Source: an uncultured Spirochaetota bacterium (GTDB lineage: Bacteria; Spirochaetota; Spirochaetia; SZUA-6; Fen-1364). Taken from it: 10,107 bases of DNA. The stretch is from contig CAVUXE010000050.1 of NCBI GenBank assembly GCA_963745235.1, positions 1 through 10,107 of the forward strand. The letters are read 5' to 3'. Each line of letters starts with the position of its first letter. The stretch's first letter is position 1. Position numbers and translations under genes: made by a program. Shown one piece after another: positions 6,659 to 10,107 of the stretch. The notes under the pieces are model-generated. The model saw only the letters and a list, made by a program, of their open reading frames with translations. It was not told where the DNA came from and ran no database searches.

Positions 6659-6691
6659 CTGTTAACGACCCGGTCGCTGGTTCGCCAGCCG
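6659..6691 (+). pseudogene. tRNA-Asn(GTT) 3'-half fragment, att-like site (copy B), inverted relative to copy A
   Basis: CTGTTAA CGACC CGGTC GCTGG TTCG CCAGC CG: the T stem GCTGG/CCAGC is intact but 3 nt are missing from the T loop. 6659-6684 is the exact reverse complement of 5641-5666. Confidence 0.72.
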
Positions 6692-6850
6692 CTCAGGTGC
6701 GCTGAAAGCTTCAGCATCCGAGGCGACCAGGAAAGACTCACACGGATTGGACGTGTACCGTTGGTCTTCGATCACCTGAACCACCAACTCGTGAAAAACA
6801 GCGCTGAGCAGGCGGCGAACGGCATGATGCGGCAATACCGCGCCGGCGGG

Positions 6851-6951
6851 CTCTCCCTGCGAAACCTTGTAGTCCAGGATCGCCAGCCCCTGCTTTTCTC
6901 CGCCTTCATTTCCAGGATGACGCCGGCGCGCCCGGAAAGCAGTCCGTCCGA
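6851..6951 (-). pseudogene. Fragment of a PD-(D/E)XK nuclease domain (type found C-terminal to UvrD/AddAB-like helicases)
   Basis: Joining two minus frames across a 1-nt deletion at about 6911 gives SDGLLSGRAGVIL(D/E)NEGGEKQGLAILDYKVSQGE, matching 'sGraD.i.......l.IlDYK'. The catalytic Asp position reads Gly (GGC). Confidence 0.55.
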
Positions 6952-7085
6952 GTGAGATCGTCGGTCGAAGGCCAAACGGCAGGCAAGTATCAAACGGCAA
7001 GGAGAGCAGGTATTTCCTCGACCTTGTGCTGGTAGCAGAAGGTTCTTAAGCTCGTCCAATAGAGGGAGCTGGTCCATGCGACCCG

Positions 7086-8465
7086 TCAGGCCGGGGCTGC
7101 GATCCTTTCCACCAGGCTGATGCTCATCCATTTTCCCCTCCGATGCCGCAGGAACATGGACAGGCACAGGGAGAAAACGAAGGCAATGAAGAAAAGCCAC
7201 ACGAGGACGGGCGGGAGCACCAGGACCTTGATGAACAGGAATGCCCCGCAGGCCATGACCCAGTGCAGGATACCGGAGACCATCATGACCCAGCGCGTGT
7301 CCCCCGCTCCCCGCAAGGCGCCGCTGAAGACGACGTTGGCCGCGTCCGCAAGCGTGTAGAGAGCAGCCATCCTGAGCAGCGTCTGCGCGATCGGAAGGAT
7401 GGACTGGTCCTGCGTGGTGAAGCCTCCCGCGAAGAACCGGACCAGGACCGGCGCTCCCACCACGAACACGATCCCGACCAGGGCCGCATACGCCCACCCG
7501 AGCCTCAATCCGAGGAAGGCCACCTTGCGCGCACCCTGCGCGTCGCCGGCTCCCATCCTGTGTCCCACCAGGGCAGTCGTTGCCGCCCCAATGCCGAGCA
7601 TGGGAATGAATGATACCAGGTCGTAGTTGAACGTGATGGTCACGGCCGTTGCCACCTGCGTGCTGTAGGACTGCATGAGCATCACGAAAGCGTTGAAAGC
7701 GAAGACGTTGATGAACATCTCTGCTCCCGCGGGGAGGCCGTATTTCAAGAGCTTCCTGAGAAGGTCTCCCCGCGGCGTCCACGCCGAGATGGCCCGCGAA
7801 CGCCGCCTGTACCCGGGGCTCCGCAGGTAGGAGACAAGCAGGATGCTGACGATGAAGGCGGACCCCCCGAGGGTGCCGAGCGCCGCGCCCTGAATGCCCA
7901 GCCGCGGGAATCCCAGCTTCCCGAACACGAGGCACCAGTTGAGAGGAAGGTTCACGAGGATCCCCAGAAGGTTTGCCGTCATCACGACCCGGGTCTTTCC
8001 AAGACCGACGAAGTAGCCCACGAGGACGCTCTGCAGCATGAAGATGAAGGATCCGAGCATGAGGATGCGGTAGTAGGAAAACTCCAGCGCCACCTGGTGC
8101 GGGCTGTGCCCCGCCCAGATGAAAAGACGATGCCCCGCGGGGATGAGGAGAAGCAGCAGGGGATAGAACCCGAGGGTCAGCCAGAATCCCTGGGACGCGA
8201 CCTGGATGCAGCGTTCTTCCCGCTGGGCGCCGTGGTACTGAGCCACCAGGGCGTTCACATACCCGGTGATCCCCGTGAAGAAAGACGTGAACACAAAGGA
8301 GGTGAGCCCGCCGCTCATGGAGGCCGGGATATGATCCGCGCCGAGAAATGAAACGACCCAGCGGTTGAAGAACAGCATCAGCGTCTCTGATGCCTGGGAG
8401 ACGACCATGGGGGCGGCGATAGCGAACATGTGTCCGAGAGTGATCTCAGATCGGGCATTTTTCAT
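7086..8465 (-). CDS. MATE family efflux transporter
   Basis: 459 aa with about 12 hydrophobic segments and the MATE repeat motifs 'LVAQYHGA', 'GLGKTRVVM', 'FGKLGFPRLGIQGAALGT', 'LVGHRMGAGD', 'GALRGAGDTR'. Confidence 0.96.
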   Translation of the reverse strand: MKNARSEITLGHMFAIAAPMVVSQASETLMLFFNRWVVSFLGADHIPASMSGGLTSFVFTSFFTGITGYVNALVAQYHGAQREERCIQVASQGFWLTLGFYPLLLLLIPAGHRLFIWAGHSPHQVALEFSYYRILMLGSFIFMLQSVLVGYFVGLGKTRVVMTANLLGILVNLPLNWCLVFGKLGFPRLGIQGAALGTLGGSAFIVSILLVSYLRSPGYRRRSRAISAWTPRGDLLRKLLKYGLPAGAEMFINVFAFNAFVMLMQSYSTQVATAVTITFNYDLVSFIPMLGIGAATTALVGHRMGAGDAQGARKVAFLGLRLGWAYAALVGIVFVVGAPVLVRFFAGGFTTQDQSILPIAQTLLRMAALYTLADAANVVFSGALRGAGDTRWVMMVSGILHWVMACGAFLFIKVLVLPPVLVWLFFIAFVFSLCLSMFLRHRRGKWMSISLVERIAAPA

Positions 8466-8523
8466 GAGAGATGAGTCCCTGTGCGCGAATCATGCACGAA
8501 TCAGGGACGCTGTACGAGGGGGC

Positions 8524-9204
8524 TCAGTCCGCCGCGCAGATCTCCATGAGCTCTCGAGCCGCTTCGGGAGCAACCACATTCACCAGGCCCTGCAGATCTT
8601 CAAGGTGGGTTCTGACAAGGTCCCGTCCGATTCCGGGCGGCGCATAGACCGTGAACAGGAGGTCTTTCGTCTCCGCGGAGATGGAGGTGCGCTGGTCGGG
8701 GCCCCCGATGATGCTTGAGATGATCCCCGAGGCATCTGCAATCATCATGTCTCCGTCCTTGACCGTTCGCAGCTCGCCGCCGCCCAGCGCCGCATAGGTT
8801 TCAGCGTCACTCCCGACGTCAAGGCTGAGCGGAAGGCTGAGCTTGCCGAGGTCGTGTCCCGCGGTCAGCAGCATGTTGGTCAGCTCTGCCATGAACATGG
8901 CCTTGACGATTGCGCTGACCGATGGAATGCCGCGGCCTTTCCAGATCACCGACTCGAGCTGGAGCGCCACATGGTAGGTCTTGCGAAAGCTCTTGTAATA
9001 GCCTTCATAGGCCGCCATGACGGGGTGTGCCCGGAGGGCCTGTTTGCCGCCCTCGGAGAACCTTTCCCGCAGCCCTGACACCGTCTTTTCGCCAAGCCTG
9101 TCCAGCTCTTCGTCATGGTCCGGGTTTTTCACTCCGCGCATAACCAGGAGGCCGACAACTGCGCCCGGGCAGAGCTTCTTCCATCTCTGTGAGGTTTCGA
9201 TCAT
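8524..9204 (-). CDS. Stand-alone B3/B4 domain protein (PheRS beta-subunit editing-domain homologue)
   Basis: ATG 9204 overlaps the EamA stop (ATGA) and has a GGGGA SD; 226 aa. Family-like motifs 'HPVMAAYEGYYKSF', 'GRGIPSVSAIV', 'AGHDLGKL', 'GDMMIADASGII', 'RTSISAETKDLLF'. Confidence 0.88.
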   Translation of the reverse strand: MIETSQRWKKLCPGAVVGLLVMRGVKNPDHDEELDRLGEKTVSGLRERFSEGGKQALRAHPVMAAYEGYYKSFRKTYHVALQLESVIWKGRGIPSVSAIVKAMFMAELTNMLLTAGHDLGKLSLPLSLDVGSDAETYAALGGGELRTVKDGDMMIADASGIISSIIGGPDQRTSISAETKDLLFTVYAPPGIGRDLVRTHLEDLQGLVNVVAPEAARELMEICAAD

Positions 9205-10106
9205 ATGTTCCCCATGATAATGCCGGCAACGACGGCGGCGCATCCAGCGACGTGAGCCGGCCGCAGAGGTTCACCAAGAACGATCGCGGAAAGAACCACC
9301 GCGCTCAACGGGAGAGCCGCGGTGGCTATCCCTGTCCTGTTGGCGGATATCCGCAGCGCGCCGTGGCCCCAGAGGATGTAGGCGATCACCGTCGCCACCG
9401 CGCCGTAGTAGAGGACGGAGATCCATCCCACGGCGTCTATCCGGGAAGGATTGAAGGCACGGAGATCCAGCAGCGCGAAGGGCAGCATCATCACGGCGCT
9501 CATGGAAACGAGAACCGTCGTATTGGTGATCGAGCCGATGCGCCCGCCGGAGGACTTTCGAAAAACGGTGAGAAGCGCTTCACAGACGGTGGCCGCAAGG
9601 ACAAGCAGGTTGCCGGGAAGGGAACCGGTCCCCTCGGCGCGCCCGTGGCCCCAGAGGTTGATGAGGAGGAGGCCGGCAACCGTGAGACCGACGCCGAGTG
9701 CCTGGCCGCGGCGGAGCTTCTCTTTGAGGGCCACGGCCGCGAGCACCGCCATGATGGCGGGCGCGGCGCTCGTGATCACTCCGGCGCTGAGCGCTGAGGT
9801 GAGATGCAGGCCGTACAGGGTGAACGCTCGAAAGAGAACGATTCCGAAGAGCGCCTGGAGGAACATGTAGCCCAGCTCACGCCGGCCCAGGCGGCGAAGC
9901 TCCTTCCTCCGCGCCATCTGCGCCGGAAGGATGGCGACGAGTGCTGCGCAAAGGCTGAGCTCCACCGACAGGAAGACCGGTATGCGGACTGCAAGGAGCT
10001 TCCCGACCACCACGCTGCTTCCCGCCAATGCCATGGCAAGGATCACTTCCCCGAGGCCGCGAAGCTCGTCACGCTCCCTGCCGGAACGAGCCGCCGCATT
10101 TGCAAT
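9201..10106 (-). CDS. DMT superfamily / EamA-family transporter (5' end probably beyond the window)
   Basis: Ten hydrophobic segments in two EamA repeats ('AMALAGSSVVVGK', 'LYGLHLTSALSAGVITSAAP', 'LKEKL', 'AYILWGHG', 'VLGEPL'). The frame stays open from GTG 10046 to the window edge and GTG 10046 lacks a well-spaced SD, so the start is uncertain. Confidence 0.92.
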   Translation of the reverse strand: MANAAARSGRERDELRGLGEVILAMALAGSSVVVGKLLAVRIPVFLSVELSLCAALVAILPAQMARRKELRRLGRRELGYMFLQALFGIVLFRAFTLYGLHLTSALSAGVITSAAPAIMAVLAAVALKEKLRRGQALGVGLTVAGLLLINLWGHGRAEGTGSLPGNLLVLAATVCEALLTVFRKSSGGRIGSITNTTVLVSMSAVMMLPFALLDLRAFNPSRIDAVGWISVLYYGAVATVIAYILWGHGALRISANRTGIATAALPLSAVVLSAIVLGEPLRPAHVAGCAAVVAGIIMGNI

Positions 10107-10107
10107 G

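Noticed and set aside
5641-6684. IS or MITE with terminal inverted repeats
   Set aside because: The repeats are tRNA-derived, no transposase is present, and I saw no target-site duplication.
6772-7935. 387-aa minus-strand ORF overlapping MATE
   Set aside because: An off-frame Arg/Gly/Ala-rich read of MATE. Only a few codons near 6912-6951 belong to the nuclease remnant.
9205-9243. Longer start for the B3/4 gene (MRRRRCRHYHGEH)
   Set aside because: It lies inside the EamA coding region. The ATGA overlap at 9204 with an SD is more plausible.
1-10107. CRISPR array, rRNA or known riboswitch
   Set aside because: No regularly spaced repeats or recognisable conserved RNA motifs were seen by eye. 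A covariance-model search was not possible.

Overview
GC-rich bacterial window; the gene style suggests Spirochaetia, but that is an impression only. It has four blocks. (1) 1-3179 is a sugar-utilisation regulon: a 3'-truncated sugar ABC substrate-binding protein gene (-), a LacI-family regulator (-) and a divergent L-arabinose-isomerase-like gene (+). Both target promoters carry a shared palindrome, CGT(T/G)AATTAACG, over the predicted transcription start. The palindrome lacks the usual LacI central CG, and this LacI lacks the usual hinge motif. (2) 3183-3657 holds gene debris (an internally deleted FGGY sugar kinase and an aldo/keto-reductase C-terminus), followed by a secreted FecR/DUF6600-type protein with a repeated Pro/Ala/Gln tail. 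(3) About 5600-6950 looks like a decayed island: an MNT-HEPN toxin-antitoxin pair with a frameshifted toxin, lying between two inverted tRNA-Asn(GTT) 3'-half copies (26 bp perfect inverted repeat), plus probable remnants of a serine-recombinase tail and a PD-(D/E)XK nuclease. (4) 7086-10107 is a minus-strand cluster of an EamA/DMT transporter, a stand-alone B3/4 tRNA-editing-type protein and a MATE efflux pump, which may be a toxic amino-acid-analogue defence module. All family calls come from motif recognition by eye; no searches were run.
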